From: Macrostomum hystrix
Taxonomy: Eukaryota > Animalia > Platyhelminthes
Assembly: GCA_950097015.1 (NCBI GenBank)
Contig: CATNEN010000038.1
Location: 1,674,001-1,738,000, forward strand
Direction of reading: 5' to 3'
DNA length: 64,000 bases
The notes beneath the pieces were generated by a model that saw nothing but the letters and a program-made list of their open reading frames with translations, was not told the DNA's origin and did not search any database. Position numbers and translations under genes: made by a program. Shown here one piece after another: positions 50,816-63,540 of this stretch. How positions within the stretch are numbered: the stretch's first letter is position 1; each line of letters begins with the position of its first letter.

Positions 50816-51264
50816 CCCTAGAGGCAAATTAGTTTCAATCACGATGCATGCGTTTTACTTTCACTTTTTATCTAATAGAATGATCTAATCAATCTGTAAT
50901 TGTACGGTATTGGTGTGCCCTGTGTACTGCAGCGGTCCGATTTGTAAATGTGGCTTGTAAGAGTTTACAACTGTGCCGACTGTGCTGCATACAGACGATT
51001 CGAGTGTGGCTCGCTACTAAAGTACGAGCTAATTACCTACCTAAGTAGGAGCTAACGAATCAGTTAGACTTGCTCGTATAGAAGCCTTCTAAACAGATTC
51101 AACGCCATCATTGAGGCTTGTTGTTGCTTGAAGTACAAATATTTTTTTTCAAATAAATTAAAATATAGTTTGAGTTTTTTAATTACGTCTATACTACTGT
51201 CAGTATTCATTACCCAAAGCACCGTAAATGGGTAAAAAGTGCATGTAGCCTCAAGGTGACAAAA

Positions 51265-54149
51265 CTATCCAAGGTCGCTCTGCTTTCCGCAGCATTCAGC
51301 AATGAGATTGGCATAGGCAAGGCACTCTCTTGTCACGCTGTGCCTATCAAGGATGTACTTTCTGGCTGAGCTCGTGATTCGTTTCAGCAGAGATACAGTT
51401 GCCGGTTCCTCTACAGAGCTGGCCATTGTGAGACACTGCATCAGCTGCTGTAAAATTTGAAGCAGGGCGTAGATTTTCAGAATATTTCAAATAGCATTCG
51501 CTGTCCTTTGATCAGCCTCGCCAAATAATCCTGGCAAGCGCACCTCGTTGTCCTCGAATACCAATCCGGTCTCCATGTGCTTGACCAAGTCCACATTGCC
51601 AGGAACTGCGCTCACGATTGCCGGAACTCCCAGAGACATTGCCTGGAATCGACATGAGAGAATCGACACGGGAGAACCGACATGGGAGAATTGAAATGAA
51701 GCACCCGCACATTGTATCTAGAGATCAGTCTCACCTCAAGCACCGAGTTCGACTGTCCCTCGCTCAAGGAGCAGTTAATGAGGCCCAGTGACTGTCGCAT
51801 CATCTTTAGAGCTCGCCTATGCTCGATTCCGCGCAGCAGGTGAACGTCAGACATTCTAAAAAGAGAAACTATAGTTACAGACTCAGAAAGTCACGATTAA
51901 ATAAGCAATCTTGTATCTTTTATTCTTGAATAAAGTTCACTTGCTCATTCATCTGGGCCAGGAATTTCTCGCCGTAGTTTGAGTCCTCCTGTGAATCAGT
52001 GACAGCAGCTACTTTTATTAAAAAAGTAGACTCATGGAATTATTGTCTCCATGCCAATAAAGGAGACAATGACGTTACGAATTACGAGAAAGTACAGTCT
52101 AAGGCGCTTTGCTTCAGCACCAAGGTCCCCGAGCTCGATACCGCGGCATAGCTACATTTATTTGGGGTGCAGACGCGGTGAGAAGGCTTGGGGGCTTGTC
52201 CGTGCAATTAAGGAGGGCCAACCTCCAAGGCACAGTGACGGACGATTCACTGCCTGACGATAAGAAGGTATAAGATCTAAACAACTGTGAGGTTGTGCTT
52301 AGGAGTCAGCAAAGTAAGCAGAATTGCCTCCTCGCTGGCTGCAGACCCACTATCACGCAATGAAAAGCCAGTGCCCAGAGCCCTCCTATGTCCTTAATAT
52401 TTATTAGTAAATAATTATTTTGCAAATAATGACCAAAGCACTAAAGTACCCGGCTAAGGCATTGGTAATAAATGTATTAATAATAGTAATAGCCGGATGA
52501 GCAGCCGACAGCCGTGTACTGGTGATATGCCACACCCAATCCTCAATTACCCCAGCTGATGCTGGTACCCATTTAACAGCTGGGTGAACTGGCACAGTCT
52601 GGAATCGAACCCCTGACCTTGAAGTCGTGAGTTCGACGCTAGGCTACAACCCCCTTCAGAAACCAGCAATATAAAATCCTAAAATGGTGCTACGGCTAAA
52701 GCATCAAATGACGCGTGACTTACAATGTCACCGACGAAGAGGAGTCGAATTTTTGAACTGAAGGCGCCCGCATGTCTGCCGCGCTGCATTATCTTCCATT
52801 GTTGAAACGGACTCAAGACCGAGTGACAGTTCTTCACGGGTCTAATGCGGCCAACAATGATAAAGTATGATTGATTTTGCCAGTCGGAAGATACGCATCC
52901 TGTCTGTTGAGCTTCTTCCCACTCGAACTCTGCGATGTCGATGCCTTGCGGAATGATGCTGATCGGTGGAGCCAAGCACTCCTCTGCTGCCATCTGCGGG
53001 CAAAGGGTTTTATGGGCCATGATTTTTGTCTAGTCGTTTGTTACTGTAGATCTGCCGAAGTATCGGCTGAAACTGTCGATGTCGAGGTGGATTATGTGAA
53101 GGGCCCAAACCGAGAAGGTCCTTCAACGCTTGTCGGAGTATGTACTAGACCCAGCCAATCAAGGACGTTTAAGAAAAAACTAAAATGAAAACGAAACAAC
53201 AGAATTATATCAAACTCACCAGCTGTTTCAGCGACTGAAGCAACGACTCAGAGAACACTACGATTCGGCTGCAAAGGAAACATTTTGACTTGCTTCAATT
53301 GAGTCTCCAAAATGATTAACCAGAAGAACGACGAGATTCCCTTTTCGAGCTCTCACCAGCATCTGCGCACAAAGTCCTGCATTGTGGCCCGTCTGTCAGG
53401 CAGTTTTGCATCCTCGTTTAAATCGGTGCCACCCGCTATGCCGATTACTGGAGGAAATATGTTACCATGACGACTGAGCCCGCCCGGGTCATTTAACAGG
53501 TTTGCACACCTGTGCAAGTGCAAGCATAAAAGTACATTCGCGCTTGTCAGATCCACTTCGGTGGCCGTGGTTGAAACAATCTGGTAGCTCCACGACGGCC
53601 TAAGGGATACCAGACCTTCGCTTGCGAATGAGTGAGTGTGGGTTATACGTGTGGGTTATAACGTGAGACAATGACCAGGTGAGACAATGACCAGGTGAGA
53701 CAATGACCAGGTGAGACAATGACCAGGTGAGACAATGACCAGGTGAGACAATGACCAGGTGAGACAATGACCAGGTGAGACAATGACCAGGTGAGACAAT
53801 GACCAGGTGAGACAATGACCAGGTGAGACAATGACCAGGTGAGACAATGACCAGGTGAGACAATGACCAGGTGAGACAATGACCAGGTGAGACAATGACC
53901 AGGTGAGACAATGACCAGGTGAGACAATGACCAGGTGAGACAATGACCAGGTGAGACAATGACCAGGTGAGACAATGACCAGGTGAGACAATGACCAGGT
54001 GAGACAATGACCAGGTGAGACAATGACCATAGATGCATATGTTTCCCATAATATAGTTTCCTGTCAACTTACCAAATTCTCCGAGCCGTGTTGAAGTTAC
54101 CACTGTCTGGATCAGACTTGGTCACAAATATCAAACGCAATTTTTCCAT
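51265..54149 (-). CDS. GLT1D1: GLT1D1-like GT-B glycosyltransferase (multi-exon; internal boundaries approximate)
   Basis: MEKLRLIFV...SGNFNTARRI, LCLHLHR, IAGGTDLNED, IIPQGI, VGRIRPVKN, LINCSLSEGQSNSVLEAMSLGVP..VPGNVDLVKHMETGLVF and ARKYILDRHS..EC.AY match the GLT1D1 motif order. Confidence 0.85.
52098..52405 (+). mobile_element. SINE family B copy in a GLT1D1 intron
   Basis: CACCAAGGTCCCCGAGCTCGATACCGCGG...GAGAAGGCTTGGGGGCTTGTC...CCAAGGCACAGTG. Confidence 0.8.
52485..52656 (-). mobile_element. SINE family A copy with internal deletions
   Basis: Minus strand GGTTGTAGCCTAG...GGTTCGATTCC...CAGTTCACCCAGCTGTTAAATGGGTACCAGCATCAGCTGGG. Confidence 0.8.
53662..54028. repeat. 16-bp perfect minisatellite (GTGAGACAATGACCAG)n, ~23 copies, GLT1D1 intron 1
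   Basis: Homogeneous tandem repeat. Confidence 0.98.
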
Positions 54150-55322
54150 TTGTTATCCGACTGATTTGGTCAGACCATAAAAAAATTGCTTAATCACGTA
54201 TCACACCGTTTCACTTCGAGTATTGAGGCATTCTAAGAAACCTAAGCTGATTTTCTTCTTAGCTTCTGCTGACCCCTGAGCACACACATATATAAATAGC
54301 AGTACAGTGAAAACAAGAGTCAGACAGTCTTCGACAGTGTCAGCTGGGCGTGCCGCAGACACTCTCCATTGAGCAGTGAGCTTATCAAAAGCAGTGAACG
54401 ACAAGACAAGAGGGACAGAAAGAGAGGCGGAGAGATTGGGGGCTGTGGCCTTTGTGGGCACGTAGCTATTAAATTTAGATTTAAATTCTGAGAGACTAGT
54501 CACACTACTTTAAGTAGGCTGCAAGCCGCAATCTCTAAAATTTTTCTGGCCTGTTTGCCCTCGTCAGTCAACGCCCCTATTTCCAAGCCCCTCATTTGGG
54601 CAAATTTTTTTGTCTAAAGTGTGAAAAACCAGTCTTTACTTTCTGCAAGCTATTGCTTACAAAGTGCATACCCACTTTGTGGATAATTGAAGGCCAAATG
54701 ACATTTGTTACCCTCCACATGCACAATCGAAATACGAGTATAGGAATCAAAACATTGCATCAACATTTCATACACAGCCAAAATTTCTACAACTGCCCAT
54801 CACTGCACTTTCTTATTTAAGGACTCAATACTTTACTTAAACGTATTCTTTGTACGTGAGTTTGCTTGCATCGCTTCAGACAAGACGACTTCAGATCTCG
54901 ACGATGCCGATGTTTGTGATTCTGGAAGTTGTTTCATAGGAAATTTTTGGCCCATAATTCCTGACGATTTTCCTGAGAATATGGTTGAATATTTTAGTAG
55001 ATTGAGAACAAATGCATGTATTTAAATTACTCGTACCTTCTTGTCTTTCTTCTGTTAATACCTGGAAAAATTCTATAAGAGTCCATCGAATTAGATTTAA
55101 ATGGGTCGACTCGCCCCAAACACCTACTTTCAAATACTACTTTCTAAGCAGCTTTAGTGTATTTAAGTCAGCTCTACGTACTTCTGTTCAAAGTTTTCTA
55201 AATTTAGCAACAAAATTGAGCTTGACTGGCAATTGGAGTTTTTCACTGAGAGCTGCTAATGCACCTGCAGGCGGATGGGTCGCTTGAGCCATAGACAATT
55301 GGCTGTGTAGGAAATGCAAGTG

Positions 55323-55336
55323 GTCACCATGGCAAC
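55323..55336. promoter_or_regulatory. RFX X-box-like motif GTCACCATGGCAAC
   Basis: Matches the X-box consensus GTNRCC(N)RGYAAC; lies upstream of GLT1D1 in the divergent GLT1D1/ABCA interval. Confidence 0.45.
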
Positions 55337-56324
55337 CGGATTTGAATACACAATTCAACGAACTATGATGATGGAGGCTGTAATCAGTCTCACCATTGTT
55401 AATGCTATCATCGTTCAGATTACAGGCACACCGAGTAATTGGCTTATCTAATTTTGCTTATCTATAAAGCTGGCTTTTCTGTCACCAATAAGGATGTGCC
55501 ACTGCCCTATTGCAACTATTATCATTAATATCAATATTATTATTTCTCTTTTTCCTATTTTTATTCTGGCCCTTATAGTTTTTTATATAAACGGGTGTAT
55601 AATTTGTGTATGCAACTGATTTATCCGAGTTTATTCAAACTGATCTATCTAAACTATTTTATCCACATTCACAGTATCCAGGATATTGTGTGATTATATG
55701 TCAGCTTATAGAAACAGACTATTTATTAAAATTGGCTACCAATTAGACTTGCTTGTATCTTTTATTGAGCAAACTAAAACTTATTTTTCGAGCATCAGTA
55801 ATTTAAGAATCGTCTGTACTCGTAGCGAGGCTTGAGAAAAGTTCGTCTGACATGAAAGCTCGTGTTTAATTTTAGAATTCTATTTTTGTCTGCACTCGAG
55901 CCATTGTCCATATATGAATTCACTCACCTTACTGAATCAGGCCCCAAATTTTCTCATTGTAATAAAACTGTGCTCAAGTTTTGCTTGAGCCGGAGAGCAG
56001 CCGTCTAAATGAAGCAGCGCTTGAATAAACAAATTCAATTAGCTCTGAAGATAATATACCTGCCAAATTAGATGCTTTGACGACTTAGCGAGCTGTACAG
56101 CTCTGGGGCGGGTACGCTTCGTGCTCTGGGGTGGAGAATTAATTGCGTTCTCTAGACTGAAAATCAGATAATTTAATTAGTTAATGACGCACTTTAAATT
56201 CACGAATATTCACAAATAGGTCGGATAACAGAACGCACGTATACACCAAATCAATTTGGGTTTTTGGGACTGATTGGAAAAAAACTTTAGCTGTAGAATT
56301 TTACTTTTCGCTTCTAACCTAAGA

Positions 56325-57100
56325 ATCTGGTACGATTCTAACCAAGAAATCTATTATAGAACGATTCTGACTACAGGATCTGGTACGATTCTGACTACAG
56401 AATGTGGTACGATTCTGACTACAGGATCTGGTACGATTCTGACTACAGGATCTGGTACGATTCTGACTACAGGATGTGGTACGATTCTGACTACAGGATG
56501 TGGTACGATTCTGACTACAGGGTCTGGTACGATTCTGACTACAGAATGTGGTACGATTCTGACTACAGGAGCTGGTACGAATCTGACTACAGGGTCTGGT
56601 ACGATTCTGACTACAGAATGTGGTACGATTCTGACTACAGGAGCTGGTACGAATCTGACTACAGGATCTGGTACGATTCTGACTACAGAATGTGGTACGA
56701 TTCTGACTACAGGATCTGGTACGATTCTGACTACAGGATCTGGTACGATTCTGACTACAGGATGTGGTACGATTCTGACTACAGGATGTGGTACGATTCT
56801 GACTACAGGATCTGATACGATTCTGACTACAGGATCTGGTACGATTCTGACTACAGGATGTGGTACGATTCTGACTACAGGATCTGGTACGATTCTGACT
56901 ACAGGATCTGGTACGATTCTGACTACAGAATGTGGTACGATTCTGACTACAGGATGTGGTACGATTCTGACTACAGAATGTGGTACGATTCTGACTACAG
57001 GATCTGGTACGATTCTGACTACAGGATGTGGTACGATTCTGACTACAGGATCTGGTACGATTCTGACTACAGGATCTGGTACGATTCTGACTACAGGATG
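56325..57100. repeat. 24-bp minisatellite (TACGATTCTGACTACAGGATCTGG)n, ~31 copies
   Basis: Tandem repeat with degenerate units at the left edge. Confidence 0.97.
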
Positions 57101-57869
57101 TAAAGCATTTTGCCGTCTAGTTGGGACAGCGGGCTTTTAGGACACTGCGGCGCCATACAGCGACTGCCAACTCGAAAATACACGCGCGGCTTTGAAATAA
57201 GTCAGTTGGCAGACATTTAGACATTAGGGCGTAGGTTATGCTTATTTTATCTATTTATTGCATTTTTTTATTCTTTGAATTTTTTTACGTCGTAATAAAA
57301 TTCAAAAAAATTTCACTGGCAACCTTAAAATTGTGCTGTGCGCAGCTGTTGCAGCGTGACCAACGGATTCTCCGCCACGGCAGCTTGCAGAAAGTATTTT
57401 ATAAGTTTGAGAGCTTACGGTTCTTAGTTCCACCCCTGGCAGTGCTTAGCGTCTCCCTTCCAAATCAAATCAAGTCGTGGCAAATGTTGTTCGTGGACGT
57501 TCGCTTGATGTCTAGCATTTGAGAAATATCGCCCACTGGCTCATCTCTTTGCCAAGCTTGGAAAACAATTTTTAAGGTCTCGTTTCTCGCGTTATTGTCG
57601 CGTACGTTGGATTGTCCATTTTTATGTCTCGATAACAGTAAATGGTAACACTTTTTGTGCAGCGAACATTTTCAAGCCTGTTTGAGTTTTGTTAATTTCC
57701 CCATAGACAGTGTTTAGACGCCTATATGTCTGCCCGCTGTTTAATTTCTAGTCTGCCATAGACAGCAACCGCTGTTTGGTGCCGTAGATATAGCTCTGTG
57801 TCCAATTTAAAAGTCCGCAAAATGCAAAATGAAAAATGCAATAGTTACGATTTTATAGCTTTAGAACTA

Positions 57870-58480
57870 TACCTTTTTACGTTCTATTTGATAAAAACTG
57901 CAACCAATTTGGCCACGGCTCAGCCTGACGCAGCCGCAGCAATTTTCCATAGACAGCCGCTGCTAGCAGCAACCAATTTGGTAAAAACTGCGAGCTATTG
58001 TGCCAGCTTGAAGATATCATTCTTATCATTCTTATCATCTTATCATTCTTATCATCACTCTGATGGCGAATCGTGGGCCGTACCAAAAGATAAGTCAGCT
58101 GGATCGAGAGCGAATCATGAGAGCGTACAGGAATGGCGACGACTGGAGAGAGCTTGGCAGAATGATGGTCGGCTGCCATCACTGCCACTTCATTCATTCT
58201 TAATGTTATGAATTCGTGTTCTGACTTCTGACTGAGGACATATTGTTATCATTCTTTATCGTTATTGTTATGCTATCGCTCCCTATTTCGCTATTGCTTT
58301 TGACAGGGCAGGTCAAATACAGCAGTGAGCTGCTATCTTCAAGCTGGCAAAAAAGCTCGCAGTTTTTACCAAATTGGTTGCTGCTAGCGGCGGCTGTCTA
58401 TGGAAAATTGCTGCGGCTGCGTCAGGCTGAGCCGTGGCCAAATTGGTTGCAGTTTTTATCAAATAGAACGTAAAAAGGTA
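57870..58480. mobile_element. MITE with ~145-bp near-perfect TIRs and TA flanks (Tc1/mariner-like)
   Basis: TA|TACCTTTTTACGTTCTATTTGATAAAAACTGCAACC... pairs with ...GGTTGCAGTTTTTATCAAATAGAACGTAAAAAGGTA|TA. Confidence 0.9.
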
Positions 58481-59372
58481 TATTTCGCTCGTAAATTAGT
58501 TTAACAGCGGAATGCACAAACGCATTATACATATCCAAACGGTTTTACATAAAATAAAACTGCTGGATCCGGAATTGTTTTCTAGCATTTTCCGACTCTA
58601 ATCCGGGTTTCTTTATTTTGACTTGAATTTCTAACGACACAAATTAGCATATATCTGATTCTGTCAATAGTTAAGATTGGCCTATTTCAGCTTACTGGTG
58701 TGCCAGTACTGGTGTGCCAGTACTCAGTGCGCGCACTCAATGTGGCTGGTAGAGCACGTACAAACTCAGGCAGCGTGTCTGTTTACACAAGGTGTTTTTT
58801 TAATACTTAGGAGGGAGACTTCCAAGGGGAGACGCCCATGCAAGAGAGAACTGCATAAGCAGAGCGGTAGCGCCTCACGTTGAGTTTGCAATAAGAGCCT
58901 TACTGTCGCTTGTGTTATTCTTTACAGCAGACTCAACATAGCTAGCCAGGTGGAGAGAAAGCGCGTGGGAAGGTGTGCTCAACCGATCGTCTCTCCGTCA
59001 GCGGCTTAATCGAGAGAGGCATTTCATTGTCCGTCAGATATTAGAGTCTATTTTTAGATATTTTCTAGTCCCGACTGGTGCTCAAGACATCTCTGTCTCT
59101 CCTTTGCCTCTCATTCCGACCCTCTCTTCATCTAGACTATTTAACAGTAAGCCCTAGCTACCAGCAGTACTCTTAATCCTCTTAGGAGAGCATTCTTCTA
59201 CTGATTGTTTCTCAATTGCGCACAAGAAGCTACAGACTAGGGGCTTGTTTTTGTCCGTATCTTATCAATAATAATCTTATTGATTATTCTACCGATTTAC
59301 GCAGGACTAATAAGAAGAAAGTTTTCTGTTGGAAAACGACTGTGACAGTTGCTCTGTTCAACAGGCAGTGCA

Positions 59373-62300
59373 ATGTCGGCATTGATTTCTCTGTTCTTCG
59401 GCCTGCAGAAAGCCATCATTCAGGGCCTGAGCGTTGCTGTAAGATGCACAGATTTTGTCACCTATTCTGATACTCTGATAATTGGTATTCTTCAAACACA
59501 AATTCATCTTTCAGGCGCTCTCCACCACCCAAATTCTGCTACCTGTTGCCATCATATCCACGGTGGTTGTCGTCAGGCACGTGTCTCCACCTGAAACTGT
59601 GGCGCCTTGTAAGCATAACTTGATCATTATCGATTGACGGGCGTGTCACAATGGCAGGCATTAGCTGCAGTTTACAGCTATTAGTTATTTTATGTCCACT
59701 AATCAGCTACTGCCCTCCTATCAGCTACTGCCCTCCTATCAGCTACTGCCCTCCTATCAGCTACTGCCCTTCTATCAGCTACTGCCCTCCTATCAGCTAC
59801 TGCCCTCCTATCAGCTACTGCCCTTCTATCAGCTACTGCCCTCCTATCAGCTACTGCCCTCCTATCAGCTACTGCCCTTCTATCAGCTACTGCCCTCCTA
59901 TCAGCTACTGCCCTCCTATCAGCTACTGCCCTCCTATCAGCTACTGCCCTCCTATCAGCTACTGCCCTCCTATCAGCTACTGCCCTTCTATCAGCTACTG
60001 CCCTCCTATCAGCTACTGCCCTCCTATCAGCTACTGCCCTCCTATCAGCTACTGCCCTCCTATCAGCTACTGCCCTTCTATCAGCTACTGCCCTCCTATC
60101 AGCTACTGCCCTCCTATCAGCTACTGCCCTCCTATCAGCTACTGCCCTCCTATCAGCTACTGCCCTTCTATCAGCTACTGCCCTCCTATCAGCTACTGCC
60201 CTCCTATCAGCTACTGCCCTCCCATCAGCTACTGCTCTCCCATGTCCAGCATGTCACCGACATTGGACTTCTTGCTGTCTCGAATTAGCCCGCACCAACC
60301 ATGACTAATCTCCCAGGCCAGTACCGAGCTGTAGGCCTGCCCTCGGAGGGCACCCTTAGCTTCATGCAGTCGTTCGGCTGCAACCTGGACAACCAGTGCC
60401 TGCCGCCGAACTACACCGAGACTCCTAACGAAGCAGCGGCCAAGAGGCGGTTCAAACGACTCGACCAGGCGCTGAACCCCATCTTGACCAGCAGCAGCAA
60501 CATTGCCAAGCTGAAGAAACTGCCTGCCGCAACCAAAGCCATCATCAAACTGGGCGACTCGGCGGCTGCGAACAACCTCACAGACCTGCTGGGTGAGGAT
60601 TCAGGGCTGGGTTTCATAGAGATAGAGATTAATAGAGCTTGAGGTGGAAAGATAGATGTGGAATTGGATAGAGGCACAGAGTTCAGTGGAGACAGGGTCG
60701 ATAGAGACAGGGTTGGATAAAGACAAGTAGGGTATAGACAGTAATGGATAGAGACAGTATTTGATAGTGACAGGGTTGGATAACGACAGGTTTGGATAAA
60801 GACAGGGTTGGATAAATGCAGGGTTGGATAAAGACAGGGTTGGATAAAGACAGGGTTAGGGGTTTAAACAAAAATGAATAGAGACAGGCTTGGATAGAGA
60901 TAGCTAGGGGTGAATAAACACAGGGTTGGGTAGAGAAATGATCGGATAGGTTCCGTTAGTTGGCCGCAGGATTTGAGATGCGGTCTGACAATTATTATAG
61001 CTGCTTTCTGGTCTCCCAACCTGCCAGGGTCTTTGAGCATGACGGTCGGCAGTCTGTTCTACAACGAGAGCCTGGTCATCAAATTTCTGAGCTCGCAAAC
61101 TGGCCTCCTCTCGCCTGAGGCTGCCACGGCGCTGATGAATGCCCGCCTGAACCTGAGCTCGCTGATCTCAGCATTCGGCGGCAAGAGCATCACGGACATC
61201 GCCTGCGACCCTGGCCTCCTGGCGCAGTACCTGTCAATCAATTACGAGGGTGACAAGAATTCGAGCATAGCCAGTCAGATCTCGGCGGCCCTGTGCTCCG
61301 TAAACTCATCCAAAGCCAGTGGCATCAGTGACTATCTCTTCAGCCAATTCAACATCGGCAAAGCACTCGGATTGTTCAAACAGGTGGCTGAACTAACCTA
61401 CAATTACAACCTGACTTTGGCCATTGGCGATCTCGAGACCTTGATAAAACTGATGCCACAGCTCGAGGTGCTGCGCGGGTTGGACAGCGCCGCGGTGAGC
61501 CGGTGGGCGCTGGCTCTGCTCCAGCAGCTGCAGAAGCTGCTCAGCGCATCGAATCTCATCAGCGACGCCGTCTTCCTGACGCAGACAATCGAACAGGTGA
61601 CGCAGCTGATCGGCTCATTGGTCAGCAAGGATCTCGCTGCCAAGGCGCAATTCGACTTGGCATTAAAGTACATTGGCAGCGGTCAGCGGCTGGTCAACAT
61701 GCTGATGCAGCTGCAGACACTGAGTGAGCTCATGATTCTTTGCACCATCATCTAGATATTTATCGCTTGCTTATCGTCATTATCCAATTGCTTCATATCA
61801 TTATTCACAGGCTTATCATGATTATTCACAGGCTTATCATGATTATTCACAGGCTTATCATGATTATTCACAGGCTTATCATGATTATTCACAGGCTAAT
61901 CGTCATTATTCACAGGCTAATCGTCATTATTCACAGGCTTATCATGATTATTCACAGGCTAATCGTCATTATTCACAGGCTAATCGTCATTATTCACAGG
62001 CTAATTGTCATTATTCACAGGCTAATCGTCATTATTCACAGGCGAATCGTCATTTATAAAATTCTTAACGGAACTATTCCCGTGCTAAACGTCACATTTT
62101 ATTCGCAGTTTTTACTATCACTATCAGACACAAAAAACTCGGATATGCTGTTTATTACCCTCGTATTAGTAATTAGTAATTAAGTGGGACGCCCAACCTC
62201 CCTTTGCAGTGCTCAACTCAACTCTGGACAAGATTCTGCCTGCCGATGTGGTGAAGCAACTGCTGAGCAGCGGGTTGCCGCTCTCTGCCCTGCAGTCCAC

Positions 62301-63310
62301 GCCAGTCACTCTCAGCGGGGTGAGTGACACTGCAAATGCAGCGAGTATCGAGTAGTGATAGTTTGAGTAAAACTTTTGGCAGACAGCGTAAAACTACGCA
62401 ACGGTAGCAACGTTGCTATTAATTGAGCAACGGAAATGAGGGTTGAGAGGTGAGGCTCAACCTCCGAAGCTATATGTCTTATAGACAGAAAGCTAGGGGA
62501 TACGCATAATGATAAATAACTATAATAATAATAATAACCGCTGGAGGGCTGCGAGCAATGGCACATCATCTGGAGACACTAGACGCGCAGCCAGAGAGGA
62601 GGCAATCATGCCAATTCCGCTGACTCCTGAGCACACACGCACTGAGATACTGTACGCAGGCATACGCTCACACTGGTGTGTACATCTGCCCTGGCTTTCT
62701 CATTGTCAGGCAGTGTACACATTCACTGTGCCTTGGTGGTTGGCCATCAAGGGCCTCAATTGCACGACAAGCGCCCCAAGCCTTCTCTCCGCGGCTGCGC
62801 CCCAAATGAATGTGGCCTCGCCGCGGAATCGAGCTCAGGGACCTTGGTGCGAGAGGCAAACGCGTTTACCGCTCTGCTACGGACCCCCAGCGCACGCGCA
62901 TACGAACTGTACACCTCACACCTGTGTGCGTATTTCGACGTTTGAGTGTTAAGCGGAACAGGCATGGCGAACAGCCTTCTCGCTGGCTGTGGCTTGAATG
63001 TCGTCAAAGCGACGCGCCAGCGCCCACAGCGCCCTGAAATTAATTCTACTATAAGCAATTAATATTACTATAGCAATCCAATAACGTGACAAACTCTTTG
63101 CCATCGATCTCGCAGCTTCTCCAGCTGCTGCAGGTGGACCAGGGCACTTCAACGGCCATTCTGGGCCAGCTGTGCGGTGGAGCCATGGAGCTGCGCAAGC
63201 TGTTCACGGCTCCAGCCTCGCATCCGAGCCTGCTGGACCAGGCCCAGGAGATCGTCTGCTCCAACTCTAGCGCGTTGGCGTCGCTCAACTTGACGCACTT
63301 TCTCAATGAC
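59373..63310 (+). CDS. ABCA-subfamily transporter, 5' portion (TM1 + first extracellular domain); exons 59373-59438, 59515-59608, 60317-60592, 61028-~61722, ~62210-62319, ~63116-63310; continues beyond the window
   Basis: QILLPVAIISTVVVVR followed by CQYRAVGLPSEGTLSFMQSFGCNLDNQC matches the ABCA1/4/7/12 motif [28 protein letters not shown]. Exons are in phase. The first exon is the least certain. Confidence 0.8.
59700..60235. repeat. 18-bp minisatellite (TATCAGCTACTGCCCTCC)n, ~30 copies, ABCA intron 2
   Basis: Tandem repeat. Confidence 0.97.
60688..60935. repeat. Degenerate ~17-bp minisatellite (AGACAGGGTTGGATAAA), ABCA intron 3
   Basis: Imperfect tandem repeat. Confidence 0.75.
61790..62052. 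repeat. 21-bp minisatellite (ATTATTCACAGGCTTATCATG)n, ~12 copies, ABCA intron 4
   Basis: Tandem repeat. Confidence 0.95.
62520..62888 (-). mobile_element. tRNA-derived SINE family B, full length, ABCA intron
   Basis: Minus strand GGGGGTCCGTAGCAGAGCGG (A box)...GAGCTCGATTCC (B box), body, then (TTA)n tail. Confidence 0.88.
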
Positions 63311-63427
63311 GTAAGCGCAGTCGGGTTGGTCAGTTGTGTTTCTAAGAAATTCGATATGTGCAGCAAACCACTTTTTAGTATTAGTTTTTTACGAGTTGGA
63401 CTGATTTCATTGCGATTTTTTTACTAG

Positions 63428-63540
63428 AGAGCTTGAACCATGAGAGGTCGTAAGTTCGAATCTTAGGGGGGCGAGTGGGTCAGCGGCTAACGTCGCTGCC
63501 TCGCACTCCAAAGGACGCTACTTCGATTCACCCTTCAAGT
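63428..63540 (+). mobile_element. tRNA-like heads (probable SINE remnants) at the start of a GC-rich intronic element
   Basis: AGGTCGTAAGTTCGAATCTTA and GGGTCAGCGG...CTTCGATTC box-like motifs; no complete cloverleaf. Confidence 0.35.

Noticed and set aside
56274-57140. Ice-nucleation/antifreeze-like (GTILTTGS)n ORF
   Set aside because: 24-bp DNA-level minisatellite without synonymous variation, signal peptide or ATG start.
59651-60304. (PPISYC)n Cys-rich ORF
   Set aside because: 18-bp minisatellite inside an ABCA intron.
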